DNA of 64,000 nucleotides from positions 389,422,001-389,486,000 of the forward strand of contig OZ024741.1 of assembly GCA_964016885.1 (NCBI GenBank). Reading direction: 5' to 3'. The stretch is from Eledone cirrhosa (Eukaryota). Position numbers and translations under genes: made by a program. The stretch's first letter is position 1, and every line of letters begins with the position of its first letter. Of this stretch, positions 1-15,315 are shown in pieces. The notes below the pieces were generated by a model. The model ran no database searches and was not told the DNA's origin. It worked only from the letters and a program-made list of their open reading frames with translations.

Positions 1-715
1 CAGGACTCTTTGTTGATCTCAATGGCCTTCATATCTCTCTTCACAATGTCCTTGTATCACAGCCGTGTTCGACCGGTGGCTCTCTTTCCAGAGGCCAGCT
101 CCCTATATAAGATGTCTTCTGGGATACAGCCATCATTCATGCGGTGGACGTGTCCTAGCCAGCATAGTCTGCACTGTCAGAGCAGGTTAAACATGCTCAT
201 AAGGCCAACACAAATAAGGATATACCCAGGATAGAGTGCAGGCTTCTCAGATGGAAGGTGTTGAGTCGCCTCTCCTGTCTAGCATATGGTGACCATGTCT
301 CACTGTCATACAGCAGTGTACCAATGACACAGGCATTGTACACAGCCATATTTTACCACCAGCTTGGGGTTTGTCCACACTTGGATTGTGAGGTGAGTAA
401 ATATTGTGGCTGCCTTCCCAATCCTTCTGTCAAGCTCTGTGTCCATGGAGAGGTTGTCAGTGATGGTGGAACTGAGGTAGGTGAACTGATGGATGATATC
501 GGTTTTGATGACTGGTGGTGCCTCTGTGTCCTGTCCCAAGGCGTTTGTCTTCCCAAGGCTGGTGGTCAGTCAAAATCCCTGCAGGCCTGGGAGAAACGGT
601 CCATCAGCATCTGGAGTTCCTGCTGGGAGTGCGTCACAACTCCTGCATCATTGGCTCAGAGGCGGGTGAGGTTGAACAGCTTACTGTCTGATCTGGTATG
701 TAGGAAGATCCCCAT
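1..715 (-). mobile_element. Decayed RTE-clade LINE, RT C-terminal region
   Basis: ORF 306..539(-) FTYLSSTITDNLSMDTELDRRIGKAAT...VWTNPKL matches the post-YADD region of RTE/BovB-like RTs; frameshifted. Confidence 0.8.
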
Positions 716-739
716 TCGACTGCTATCACACTGCTTGAA

Positions 740-1790
740 TAAAACAAAATATAACCGCCAACAATGCATGAAGACCATCATCTATAACCAAAGAACAGCT
801 GAGGAGAAATGAACCATTGATAAAATCAAACTGTTGGCAGTCTCCAATACAATGCTAAAACCATGGGTGAGATACTGCAGAAACAATATTGTTGTTTTCA
901 GCAATCCTGATATGGCTGATCTGGGCCGTATCAGTGATGTTAATCCCCAACACACTATATCGGACATAATGTTTGGCACCCCTGATGTCTTAGTGGCAAC
1001 AAACAAAATTAAACACAATTAAGCAGTAGGCCCCACATGGTTCCTTTCTAGTGTCCTGAAGGTGTGTCGACACCAACTTGCATCTCCTCTAGCTAATTTG
1101 TGGAGGAAGTCACTGGACGCTGGCTATATACCTGAAAACTTTCTGTCCCAGTCTGTTCTCCCAGTTTTCAAAAAGGGGAACAAGTCCCTTGCAGTGAAAT
1201 ACCATCCAGTTTCACTCACCTCTCATATCATCAAGGTAATTGAGAGGGTGGTGAGATCACAAATAACTTACTTCCTTGAAATGACCAATCTGCTGAACTC
1301 CAATCAACATGGGTTCCATAATGGAAGGGACTGCCTAATGCAGCTTCTGCATCACTTTGATGACATTTTGAGAGCTTTGGGAGAGGGCTACAACACTGAT
1401 GTCATCTACTTTGATTTCAGCAAGGCCTTTGACAGGGTTGATCACAACATACTACTGAGAAAACCATCCAACATTGGTGTCACTGGAAAGTTGCTGCAGT
1501 GGATCAAGTATTTCCTGTCAAACAGAGCCCAACATGTTGTAGTGGAAGGAGTACAATCAAGCCGCGCCAAAGTCAGTAGTGGTGTCCCACAAGGCAATGA
1601 GTTGAGCCCACTTCCTTTCATTATCTATATCAATGACATTACTGATGTCATCAGGATGTGTTCCTTGATTCTCAGAACTTTCCAGTCAAAAGATATCCAC
1701 ATCATTCTCCTTCTTTTCTCTACTTTTTCCCAACCCCACCTTGAATACTGTTGTCCATTGTGGTTTCCCCACACAAAACACCTCAAAACA
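740..1790 (+). mobile_element. CR1-clade LINE RT fragment with internal deletion
   Basis: ORF 1062..1934: PVFKKG..YHPVSLTS, NQHGF, VIYFDFSKAFDRVDH, SGVPQG..FIIYIND. It then jumps to ILRTF..PHLEYC, so the YADD segment is missing. Confidence 0.9.
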
Positions 1791-1896
1791 TTGTTTCCAC
1801 CGGTCCAATTTGATGAAAGTCGATTGACTGTCAATATGTATAATAGAACTCATTCACACTTGCAGTTTCATATTGCCTTACTAATTATCAGAGTTA

Positions 1897-2215
1897 AGGC
1901 CTTAGTGATTAAGATGTTTTACTCCCGATCATAAGGTTGTGAGTTCGATTCTTGGCTGCATGCTGTGTTCTTAAGCTGAGAAGACGTTTTGTTTCACATA
2001 GCTCCAATTCACTCAGCTGGAAAAAAATGAACTGTATCCGTAATTCAAAGGGCCAACTTTGTCAGATTTTGTGTCATACGGAATCTGTTTAAGAACTATG
2101 TTAGGGATACACGTATCTGTGGAATGCTCAACCATTTGCACATTAATTTTCATGAGCATGCAGTTTCATTGATCAAACAACTGGAACACTCATCATTATA
2201 ACTGATGGATGTCCA
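1897..2215 (+). mobile_element. tRNA-derived CORE-type SINE (decayed)
   Basis: A-box-like ggccttagtgattaag, B-box gagttcgattc, then CORE-like tgtgttcttaag..tttcacatagctcc..actcagctg. Confidence 0.65.
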
Positions 2216-2460
2216 ACACACATAGTACACTAATTTCCCAATTAAAGTCGAATCAATGAATGGTCATTCGTAACACGTTCACAAAACATTCCCTATTTAA
2301 CTTTTCTGTCTCAATGCCAAATTCTCATTTATTTTATTTTTTAACCTTATAAATCATATCAAAGTTTAGTTAATCACAATTCGAACCCTTTGGTGAAGGC
2401 CTTTAGTTAATTCAATGAAGAACAAAGTAATCTGGTAATGTACTAATGCGCAGGTGAGGT

Positions 2461-2890
2461 ATCACCATCGTCTTTTAATGTCCACTTTTCCTGCTGGCAA
2501 GGGTTGGACGGGTCTTCACAACTGAGTCAGCACTGACAGGTCGGGAGTTTTTATTATCACTTACATATGGTCCTACACTCTACCGATTATATTTTTTCAT
2601 GACACACGCACTCAGAAAGTCGTCATGTTTTGACACAACTGAAGGTGCTTCCCAACCCTTTGTTTGGCAAACTTTCCTCGACCGGATGCTCTTCCTAACA
2701 CCACCACTTTACAGCATGCACTTGGTGCTTTTATAGTGTAGATCACCAGCACTGAGGTTATCATTTCTAACAGAAACTGAAGGATCCCCACAACCCTTTT
2801 TTTTTTTGCAAGCTTTCTATGACTGACTGTCCTTCCTATCCCCAACCACTTTCCAGCGTGAACTGGGTGCATTTATCGTGTAGATCACCA
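2461..2890 (-). mobile_element. RTE 3'-UTR-derived repeat
   Basis: Reverse complement shares ggtgttaggaagagcatcc and aaagtggacattaaa..gat with the RTE 3' UTR at 55800-55985. Confidence 0.6.
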
Positions 2891-3160
2891 ACACTAAAGA
2901 GGTTTTCACACCGTTGACACAACTGAGGGGTACTTTCAACCCTTCTAGCATGGTTTCTGCAATACAAACTCATGCTAGAGACAGAATTTCTAAGCAATCA
3001 CTAGTTGTTTCTTTATTTTGTGTGTGTGTGTTTACACCCAAAACATTTCCCACTAGCCAAGCCATCTTCATTCCCAGTGAAGAGAGAAAATATTGGTCAT
3101 AAAATATTTCATTTGATGTATCAGTAATTTTTTTTTTTAACTGCTTCTTATTTTTGACAG

Positions 3161-3305
3161 CTGCCACAGTTTGAAGCTCCACCGGGTCATAGTAGAATAG
3201 CCAATATGGTCCCATTTTTTCCAGTACAGAAGAACTTTATGATGTTTGTTCATTCACATGCCCTTGGCTATGATTATGACACTTTCCTAGAAGATGATAC
3301 AGAAA
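3161..3305 (+). CDS. Internal coding exon of a membrane-bound tyrosinase/TYRP-family gene (end of the luminal domain)
   Basis: Acceptor tttttgacag|3161 and donor 3305|gtaagt. Open frame LPQFEAPPGHSRIANMVPFFPVQKNFMMFVHSHALGYDYDTFLEDDTE matches the TYR/TYRP signature APIGHNR..MVPF.P......F......LGYDY. Confidence 0.85.
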
Positions 3306-3781
3306 GTAAGTAATATTCATGTTTTCAATTTTTTTTTCTAAACCAGCTATTCTGAAACGAGAGGTACTTGGTTCTTAGATAAGAAATTTCAAATCTTGGA
3401 GAGGAGGCACAATATTATCCAAAGGAGAAATTGGGGAGGAATCCAGATTGGGAAAGAATGGTGTAGATTCTGTATATATCTAATAAAATAGAAATAGAGC
3501 TAACTTTAAGGGAGATCACAAATTAACAGTTCACAAAAACACTACTATTTCAATGTTAATCATATTTAGATCTATACAATTATTGAAGTTTGAAATGTTA
3601 ATTTGGTGCTCGGGCGAAAAATGACTAGATGACATGGGAGAGGAATTGAGAAGAACTGGAGTTGCAGGGTGGGGATGTGACCTGGATTCCTAAAAACCAT
3701 TATTGTAAATCAAAAAGAATTATTTTCCAGTTTTGTTTTTAAAACGTTATATAAATTTTGATATTAATAATGTCATCTCAG

Positions 3782-3826
3782 GACAGGGTGACAGGGTGAC
3801 AGGGTGACAGAGTGACAGGGTGACAA
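3782..3826. repeat. 8-bp minisatellite (gacagggt)x5
   Basis: Direct inspection. Confidence 0.9.
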
Positions 3827-4289
3827 GTTAGCAGAAACTGCGGAAATCAGACTAAATGCCTTGTAATAGTTTCGTTGATCCATGTTTATATATTTGTAAT
3901 TTATATCAAGTTTGGTAAACAATAGCATCGTTGATTACAGATTTTCTATGGTCCAACAGTTGATTCATTGCATTCTTGAGAGCAAAAGAGACAAAGCAGT
4001 ATTTGTAAGTCAGTGTAGAACAAATGTTGCAAGGGCCTTTATTCGTAGAGCCCAGTATTTTCATTATCTAACCAATATGTATATCGATAAAAGATATACA
4101 TAAACATAAATAAGTGGATACAAACATATTTCACAATATTCGGCTGTTTTTGTATCAAGTCACTACACTCCTCTTTCTGTTCTGTTACCACCTCTTACTT
4201 CAACTCATCAGCCTCTTCCCCTCTCTTTCATTCTTTGTCTTTCCCTTTTCTTTCATTTAAAATGTCGTTTTTATTATTTCTTACTAAAT

Positions 4290-4660
4290 TACAGCCCTTT
4301 GCATTCTGAGTTCAAATCCTGCCGAGTTTAGCTTTGCCTTTCATCCTTACAGGGTCGATAAAATAAAGTAGAAGTCATGCACTGGGGTCGATTTAATTGA
4401 CTTTCCCCTCCCCAAAAATTGTTGGCCTTGTGCCTAAAGTTGAAACCATATTTATTGTTATTATTATCGTCAAGGGATTGGCAGTATCGGTAGAGAGTCG
4501 GACGCCATGCTTTCCAGCATAGTTACGTCCCTTTACGGTCTGAGTTCAAATCCCGTCACGGTTAACTTTGCCTTTCATCCTTACGAAGTCGATAAAATAA
4601 AGTACCAGTAATGTACTGGGTAATTGCTGGCCTTGTGCCAAAAGTAAAAACAATTATTAT
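4290..4660 (+). mobile_element. Two tandem copies of the abundant tRNA-headed SINE (Nin/Deu-like central box)
   Basis: gagttcaaatcc B-box; ctttgcctttcatccttacggggtcgataaaataaagtaccag core; (att)n tail. Confidence 0.85.
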
Positions 4661-4749
4661 CGACGTGTTCGTATTGGCGTGTGTAAGTTTGTCATTTTTC
4701 ACTTGTTTACAAAAGCTTTTTTGCCAATTTTTTTGTCACAAACTGTTTA

Positions 4750-7700
4750 TGCGGTGCCTGACTTGACCCTCAAGGAAGGTAACCCCATAATATTTGGGCT
4801 TCTAGTCCAAATATTGTATTTTCTTCTTAAGAAACCCTCAAAATTTTCAAAATTTCCAAAAAGAAACATGTGCCAGAGAAAAAATAATTTGCACGAGAAA
4901 AGTGTGCGTCTTTCCAGTCTCTAGAGCTGAAGGTAAATAATTTCACCACCATCACCACACCAACTAATACCAACACCAGTACAGACACTACCACCACTAC
5001 CAACAGCATCAACACCTGTATCAGCAGCAGCAGCAGCAACAACAACGGCAACAGTTACAACATCAGCAGCAGAAACAACAGCAACAACAACATAAAAAAC
5101 ATACCAACAACAGAAACAACAGCAACAACAGAGATGTCAAGCCCTCAAAGCAGGCAGGAGCCACCCAAGTGACCATATACTTCGCGAGGGAGGTCAAAAA
5201 CGTTGAAAGAGTTCACGCCAGTGACAAAGAGAGGAGGGAGGCAAAGCTTTTGGAGAAGAAGAGCGGACACATGGTCAGCCTCGCTTTGAAAAACAGACGT
5301 CTGTGTACGGTCTTGTACCATACAATTGGTACACAAATCGCACAGGGTGTAACAGGTGACCGAGTCCCAAGTCCGAAGGGCTATGGGTACCGTTTGGGCA
5401 CAAAAACATACATAGTCAGGGCAACAAAATAGGGCACCATGGATGTTCACTTCGCTACCCACGGAGAAGCCAAGACACACTCGATCACTCCGCAGCGAAG
5501 AGATCACCATGGTTTCGACGTACTGCGGCCCAAAAGTTGATAGGATCCGAGTGACCCAGGTTCCGCCCTCAAAAGAGATCTTTTGGCTGATGCCGGCCGT
5601 CCTCGCTGACGTCGAAGAGACGACCACCATTGTAGACGTCATAAAAACAAAGCAAGAAAACTGATCAGGATCGGGGATGGAGCTGCTAATCCAGTTAAAC
5701 TATGAAAATATAGAGGCCATCCCCTACCCGTGACCGTTGAGAGTAGAAGTCCAAGGTGTAACAGGTGTGAGGACAAAACGCACCTAAAGGCTTTCTGCCC
5801 AAAACTAAGCAAGGTGGGAACGAGCTCGCCTCTCTTCCCTAAGGCGGGTCCCCCGACTGAAGTGGCCCGACCATCGGAGGCCACAGTGGTGGCAAAACTA
5901 CCAACACCAGCACAACCACTGGTAACATCGACAACAGAACCACCATCTTCACCACTAACAACGGCACCAATGCCAGTGGAAAATATACCGCTTCCCGACA
6001 TCGCACAATCGGACATCAAGTGTGATGACGCTGAACGGTGGAAAATCGTCGGAGCGAGAAAAAAAAAGAACTCCCGCCCTTCGCCCTCGAAAAAAGATGG
6101 TGAAACAAACAAAAAAGTAAGTGCCACCATCACCATCATCAACAACCACACCACCACCACCATCATCATCATCAACTTCATCGTCCATCAATACCACAGA
6201 AAACACGAAAAGCACCAACAACGTCCCAAAAGCAGACAGAATACACAGCTATAGACACAAACAACAAAAAAACTCATAAACTACAACACCAACATTACAG
6301 AAACAAATTACATACGACCACCAAAAATTGCACCTCCCACATAAAATAATCGAAATTTCTCAAAAGATATATACAATCTTAAAAAGAAAATACGTCGAGA
6401 CAATTGGAGACTATCGAGGGACTCCCTCGAAGAGAAAATACCCTGATATTATCGAGGAGAAACCCACCACCGGCCGGAGGGAGGGATCACCCACCCTCCT
6501 TCCAAAAAGCCAAAAGTAAGGGGTTTTTCCCCTCTCATTTGTTTTCCTCCAATATTATCAAACATGGCTTCTCTCAGGATAGGCAGTATAAACGCACGTG
6601 GCTTGGGGGTCGTCTTGGAAGCAGGGACATCTGTTCAATGACTTCAGGTTGCTGAACATAGATGCGATGGACATCAGCGATATTAGAAACTCCGAGGCAC
6701 GAGCATTCACACTCATTTTCAGTGGCTACAAGGTGTTCGCATCTCCAGGCCGTCCGGGATCTGGGGGCGGAGGCACAGTGTTGTTCCGGTAAGGTCTGGA
6801 TCTCGAGGTACAGGCCATCTTCTTGGAACCAGAAGGTAAGCTGGTGATGCTGGACGTGACCAGTGGAGAAGGGCACGCTTTCAGGCTAATGGCCGTCTAC
6901 GCCCCGAAAGGGGAAGGACGGTCTGATTTCTTCCGATGCCTGGAGACCTTCCTTGGAACGTCGCGCTCTTTAATGTTAGTGGGTGACTGGAACAGGATCT
7001 TGGATGCACGCTGGGACTGTGTGGAACTAACAGATAGAGTAGGAAGGTGCAAAGGCCTTGCAAACTTGCTCAGACGTTTCCAACTGTCTGACAGATACGG
7101 TCTGAATTTCCCGAATGTGCCAATGTCGACATGGACAAACGCATCAGGTCATCCAGATCATATCTAGATAGGGTATTATGTAGGAATATAGATAGGTATA
7201 GCATAAGATGTCCACATTTAAGGTGGTCAGCTACACAGACCACAAATTTGTGATCTGCTTGGTACACCTAAATAGTTTACATAAACGGAGACCCGGGTAT
7301 TGGAAGCTGAACACATTGTTCCCGGCGCGTAAAGCCTACAGAGACCGGATTAGCGAATTAGTTAAGCCGGCGTTAACGGGGACAGTCGTTAACAACAAAT
7401 AGTGATTCACCCTGAAAAGATCAATCAAAGTAGAATCCGTTACGTTTAGCAAGGCTATAGTGATAGAAAAGAATAGACAAGAGGGAGAACTAGTTAGAAA
7501 GCTAGACGAGGCGCTTAGTAAAGGCATCGCGACCAACGTGCAAGCAGCCAGATTGGCCCTTGACCAATTTTTCAATGCAAAGCACGAATGCTGCGTTGTC
7601 AGAGTTAGGGCACATGCACGATGAGACGGAAGCCATTCAATGGTCCCTGCTGGTGGAGGCACGGCGTAGAAACAAAGCCACGATCCGGTCTTTGGCGCAC

Positions 7701-9520
7701 CACGACGTGTACATGTTCGTCGATCCCGAGCAATGTGTGCTGCCTTTCAGCAGCACTTCGCTCAACTGTTGAGGAGCAATGGTGGGCCGGATCGTGGAAT
7801 GGACTTTAGTCCCTACCTCGACGGCCTATCGCGGCTCTCGGTCACGGGGGTGGAGTGTTGTGAAAGGCCAATGAATGCCGCTGAAATACTGGAGGCCATG
7901 ACTGGCTTCGTGAGGGGTAAATCGCCTGGTTTGGATTATCTGCCCAACGACTTTTACGTAAACATTCCATACTTGTTCACTGACCTCGTGACAGACGTCA
8001 ACTGCAAGTAGCAGGAAAACGGGAGAATTTCCAGTTCGGAGGAAGAGGACCGTTTTTAGAGGGTGGGTCGCACCATGCACAGCGACATCTGCTCTCTGGT
8101 GAAAGTGAACGGTCACCTTTCGGAACCGTTCAACATCATGCGCTCGGTCCACCAAGTTGCCCCCTCTCGTCCCTGTTGTATGTATTGACTCTAGAGTCAT
8201 TACTGCACAAACTGGAGACATTGTGGGGCATCCCGTGTGAACTGGAATGCAGGAGAACCGTGTCAGCTTACGCTGACGACGTTACTGTAGTGGTGTTGAG
8301 CGCCAAACATATCGAATCGATCAGCACTACTCCATGAGGCGGTGACAGGAACAAAGATTAACTAGAAAAAGTCGGTGGGCCAGCAGCACGACACTTGGAG
8401 AGGCAGGTCCATGCCGTCCAACAGCGTCCTCGGGCGGTGGACGGATGGACCGGTTAAATTGCTAGGGGTCTGGTTTGGTCCAGACCTCCAAAAAGAAAAA
8501 AACTGGGAAGAGATGACGAGCAGGGTGGCCTCTCTCACTCAGAAATGGGCCGAGATGAAGCTATCCCTGAAAGGTCGGGTGGGGGTGGCGAGCGCGTACA
8601 TCGCGTCCGTCATCTACTACCGCCTGACTACCGTGCCTTGCTTCGTCTGATTGCACTGAAGCGTTTTCTCTTTCGCTCTTTGTGGAAGGGACGCGCTCTG
8701 ATGTTCAGGCCATCCTACGTGGACCGTTTTTTTCCCAGCTCGTCCTCTTGATGATGCTGCAATCTTTGGTTAAGCGGAAACCGAGAAGGGGCGCTTGAAA
8801 ACTGGAACGTTTGCTAATCGAGCATTGCAGTCGATGGAAGCTCCACCCTGGCGCTCTATAGAGGGTTAATAGAGAGCAAGAGCGACGACGTCCTTAGAGA
8901 AACTCTGAGTGTCGACGAAAGCCAGCTAGCTATTCTCTTCAGGAGGACTTTCGGTCCAGAGCCAATGGATAACTTCCAGCAATCCCTGGCCTGGCATTGC
9001 TACCGGGGAGCGTTGCCAGTTCGAGATAAACTTTACAGGCATGGAAGTACCGTCAACCGGGCCTATCCGGGATGTGCGCAGGGCAACGAGACCGTTCTGC
9101 ACGTACTCGTTCAGTGTCCGAGTATCGCTGACTTGATGATGAACATCTGTTGTCGCGTGTAGGGCAGATTCGGCCATCAGCTGAGTCATAAGATCTCTCC
9201 GCCACCCTTCTTTAACCAGTATTTATTTGCCAGTTTGTTGAAAGGTGGGTGATAGAGGCAAGAACAGCCCATGTGAATGGACCTACTCTGAGCGTATGCC
9301 TGTAAGATTTAAGGAGGGCAACTGAGTGAACATGCTTTCTCTAGCGGTTAGGGTGACTAGTTTTTTGTGGGCTTTCTCCACGAGTAATCCTCGGTGGTCT
9401 CCCCCCACTCCTGTTGGGGAATTCTTTTGTTTCCATTTTTTTGTTACATCTTTTGTTAATGTTATTGTGTTTTCTTTTTATACACGCAGAAACCCATATT
9501 TGTACAGTCTTTAATGTGTT
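4750..9520 (+). mobile_element. Near full-length decayed Tx1/L1-clade LINE (ORF1 with CCHC knuckle; ORF2 APE-RT-zinc finger)
   Basis: ORF1: low-complexity N-terminus and CNRCEDKTHLKAFC. ORF2 from ATG 6564 (MASLRIGSINARGL): VGDWN, TDH, GYWKLN, KSPGLD, YADD, ETVLHVLVQC; ends ~9304. Many stops and deletions. Confidence 0.92.
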
Positions 9521-9593
9521 TCCTTTATGTATTTAGTCTCGATCATTATTATTAAGACTGCAGCGGTACTATGTGCCTTGACAGAAATATCTA

Positions 9594-10085
9594 TCTATAT
9601 ACTACTAAAACTCTGTGATTGTGTGTTTGTCTGTAATTTAGTACAGCCAAAACAGCGCATAATGGGAAAATACTTTGAACGGAAGTTGCCTTTGAAATGG
9701 GAATACAAATGGAATAAAACAAGTTTCACGTAAATCGGAACACGGGTCCCGAGATACGGGGTTTTTCCAGGTACCTTCATAAATATATATGTAGAAAGAT
9801 AGAGAGAAAGAGATAGTGGTTGTGAGAGACTAGATTGAAAGAGAGACATAGAGAGAGAGAAGGAGACAGGGAAGGAAATGGAAGAGAGAGACAGTGAGAG
9901 AGAGCTGGTGGTGTTGTTGAATGAAATATGTATGTGCGTGTGTGTATATGTGCGTGTGTATATGTGTGTGTATATATATACATGTCTGTGTATATTTTGA
10001 TTATTTGTAAATTATTTTTAAGTGAACATGATTTTTAAAAAATATTTTTAAATGAACGTGACCCAACAGGTGACGGGTGGTCTAG
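9594..10085 (+). mobile_element. Non-autonomous Helitron-like element
   Basis: A|TC 5' end (tctatatactactaaaac), subterminal hairpin cgtgacc-caaca-ggtgacg, CTAG|T 3' end, no TSD. Confidence 0.6.
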
Positions 10086-11068
10086 TGTATAATAGAAATA
10101 AATAGAAAAAAAACCTCCTCTGCAGACTGGAGGATATGACAAGATCATTCATAGACCTCACATCCTTATGGCCCCTATTTTCACTAGTGGAACCGGAAAT
10201 TGGTCTTCATCTGAATCGTTAGTTTTCTTTTGTTGGTATAAAGCTTATTTTCATAGTGGAGCGAATATAGTCGAAGGATTTAACTTAAGTAGCGTAATTG
10301 ATATATATGTGGGGAGAGCACAAAACTACTTGCTTTACAGTATTTAGTCTCGATCGTATGTATCTAGCTTTATCTTACATACCCGTTCGATAAATACCAG
10401 TAAAATGATTGTATAGATGCATGGTATGGTCTAGTAAATCCTGAGGGAGTCGTAGAGTTGCCATATTAACATACAGCGTTTTAGGGCACTTTTCAACCTG
10501 GTGGAGCCTATCTCCTTTCCAGGTCTGAATACAGCAGGTTTCTTCCAGAGAAGGATAGAGAAAGTGAGAGAGTGGGGTGAGAAAAAGATATAGATATAGA
10601 GGAAGAATCGACCCCAATACTAGACTTTACATACGCATACACACACAAAGACCAGTTCTAACACGAGATAACATCTATCCCCCACATTTACGTATAGACA
10701 TATCTTCTCACACTCACACACACACACATACTTACACCTCACACATTCTTCCACACACTTAAACAGGCATGTACAAAAAAAAACCTTTTAAAGGGAGACT
10801 ACTCTTTATCCACCTAACCTTAACTCTTTGACATTAGAGATGTAACAGATACTCTCTACCATTTCCTGTCAGCATGACTTGGCAAGCTATTTAGAACACT
10901 GGTTTAACCGCTTTACTTCCCTCCGAAGAAGAGATATTATCTCGAAAATTAAGGACATTTAAATAAATCTAAGGTAAAAGACTAATTGTCAACAATATCT
11001 TTTGCATTTGCATTCTTTATTCTATGTCCATACCTGCATTGTTTTGGCTTTATTATACATATACAAAC

Positions 11069-11952
<884 letters not shown>

Positions 11953-11955
<3 letters not shown>

Positions 11956-12100
11956 GGAACAAGTAAGACCCCGACGGCTGAGTTCAAGCTGTCGAAACGG
12001 CTTGAGCTCAGCCGTCGGGGTCTTACTTGTTCCTATTACCCACTCTACTACCCTAAGTATTGAGTACTTTGGTCCACTTGGTTCCTTACCACATTTCCTT
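11953..12100 (+). repeat. Fold-back module (40-bp stem, CGAA apex), homologous to 29112-29277
   Basis: Arms 11953-11992 and 11997-12036; downstream ttacccactctact..tattgagtact..ggtccac is shared with the 29 kb copy. Confidence 0.85.
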
Positions 12101-12191
12101 CGTTATATATATATATATTTATTTATTAACCTATATATTTATCCTTATCGAGCCCTCTTTGGATTTTAGTCTTCAATTTTATTATTATTAC

Positions 12192-12222
<31 letters not shown>

Positions 12223-12229
12223 GTATATG

Positions 12230-12315
<86 letters not shown>

Positions 12316-12355
12316 TAAATAAAAGTCAAATGATTAAAATTTAGCTTCGTTTATT

Positions 12356-12410
12356 ACTGCTATATATATTTCAGTGACAGCCATCTTTGGCTGTGACCTC
12401 TTCAGGCAGT
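12356..12410 (-). ncRNA. Minimal type I hammerhead ribozyme motif
   Basis: actgc CTGAAGA ggtcacagcc-aaagat-ggctgtcact GAAA tatata TA gcagt: 5-bp stem I, ~9-bp stem II, palindromic loop 3. Confidence 0.8.
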
Positions 12411-12660
12411 TTGAATTAGTATGGTATAGACAAGTACATATGTTGTTTAGGTGTATGATATTGTCAATACTCTGATATGCCCAGTTCCTTGTTGGGTTGT
12501 TAATTCACTGGGGAACTGGAGTCATTAATCATTTAATCATTTGACTTTTATTTAACTTTATTTTACACTACTCCGGAGTAACCAAACCAACCTGCGCACT
12601 TCGTCGAGTGCTCCAGCCTGCATACTGAGGTGTTGGTATACAACCAACATAAACTCAAAA

Positions 12661-13907
<1,247 letters not shown>

Positions 13908-14223
13908 TCCTTGTCTGGCTTTCTGGAGAATAGAGGAAAGGTGTTTCCTCAAAAACCAGTATGACTCTAAAAACCGGTTTGTCTGTGTGTTTACATACAG
14001 AATAGCTGGATACTCACAGTAAAGTAACCAGTGAAAGACTTGGTACATCTACATATGTATACGTGTGTGTATTCATATGCATACTAGTATTTCAGTATAC
14101 ATATGCGGATGTACATTTTTAACTTAATTGTTTAAGCGTCAGTCATACAAAAAGTGAGTTACAAACGAAACGAAATTTAATTTCGTTTCGTTATTTGTTT
14201 TTATATATATATGTATATATGTA

Positions 14224-14286
<63 letters not shown>

Positions 14287-14287
14287 G

Positions 14288-14318
<31 letters not shown>

Positions 14319-14319
14319 G

Positions 14320-14372
<53 letters not shown>

Positions 14373-14411
14373 GTATATATATATATATGTATATATATAT
14401 ATGTATATATG

Positions 14412-14444
<33 letters not shown>

Positions 14445-15005
14445 CCCAGTACAACCTGACTCATGGTCGGGTCGTTGGCGACTAAACTGGCAACCCCACC
14501 AAGGTTCTTGGTGAGGAGGGTGACTTTGGACATCCTGCAGGAATAAAAACAAAACCTGTCAAAGGGCAAAGGAGCTCTTAAGAGTCAATGGCCATCCAAA
14601 ATCACCGGGAGAGATGACCCCTTAGCCATTGTCAAGGCAGAATTCTAGGAGAAGGAAAACTCTGATATAACACCTGCAACTCTGATGGTATCCAATGTTC
14701 TTCTTTTTGGTAAATATCATCTTGGTTAAGAGAGTGTGACTGGCTTTATGCAGTGCCTTTGCTCACTATAAAAGCTTCACGGCACAGGCATTGCTTTATA
14801 TCTGGAGATCTCTCTGCACTTGTCGTCACATGGTACCATGGGCCCAGCAATATGGTCAATAATTGTCACAAGTGCAGTGTTTGTACCAGAGTTTTCAAGT
14901 CGCTGGCGGAACTAAAAAGTCACACTCGTTCAGCGCATCAGTAGGGGTTCTCCTACATGGATATGAAGTAGTGGCCGTACTCGAAAACGAGTTGGCAGCC
15001 ACCAT
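14445..15005 (+). mobile_element. Non-autonomous RTE-derived element in (TATG)n/(TA)n
   Basis: Highly similar to 60400-61010 and 61128-61740; RTE-like 5' motif ctaggagaaggaaaactctg and C2H2 tail [22 protein letters not shown]. Confidence 0.7.
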
Positions 15006-15164
15006 ATATATATATGTATGTATGTATATATATATATATATGTATGTATGTGTATATATGTATGTATGTATGTATATATATATATATATGTTTGTATGTA
15101 TGTATGTGTATATATATATATGTATGTATGTGTGTATATATATATATATATGTATGTATGTATG

Positions 15165-15213
<49 letters not shown>

Positions 15214-15214
15214 G

Positions 15215-15245
<31 letters not shown>

Positions 15246-15282
15246 GTATATATCTATATATATGTGTATGTGTATATATACC

Positions 15283-15315
<33 letters not shown>

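Noticed and set aside
1897-1960. tRNA gene (also at 27386 and other SINE heads)
   Set aside because: A/B boxes run into SINE bodies and no full cloverleaf forms.
12470-12530. SECIS-like AUGA hairpin on the minus strand
   Set aside because: The 3' GA of the quartet and a correctly spaced apical AA are missing.
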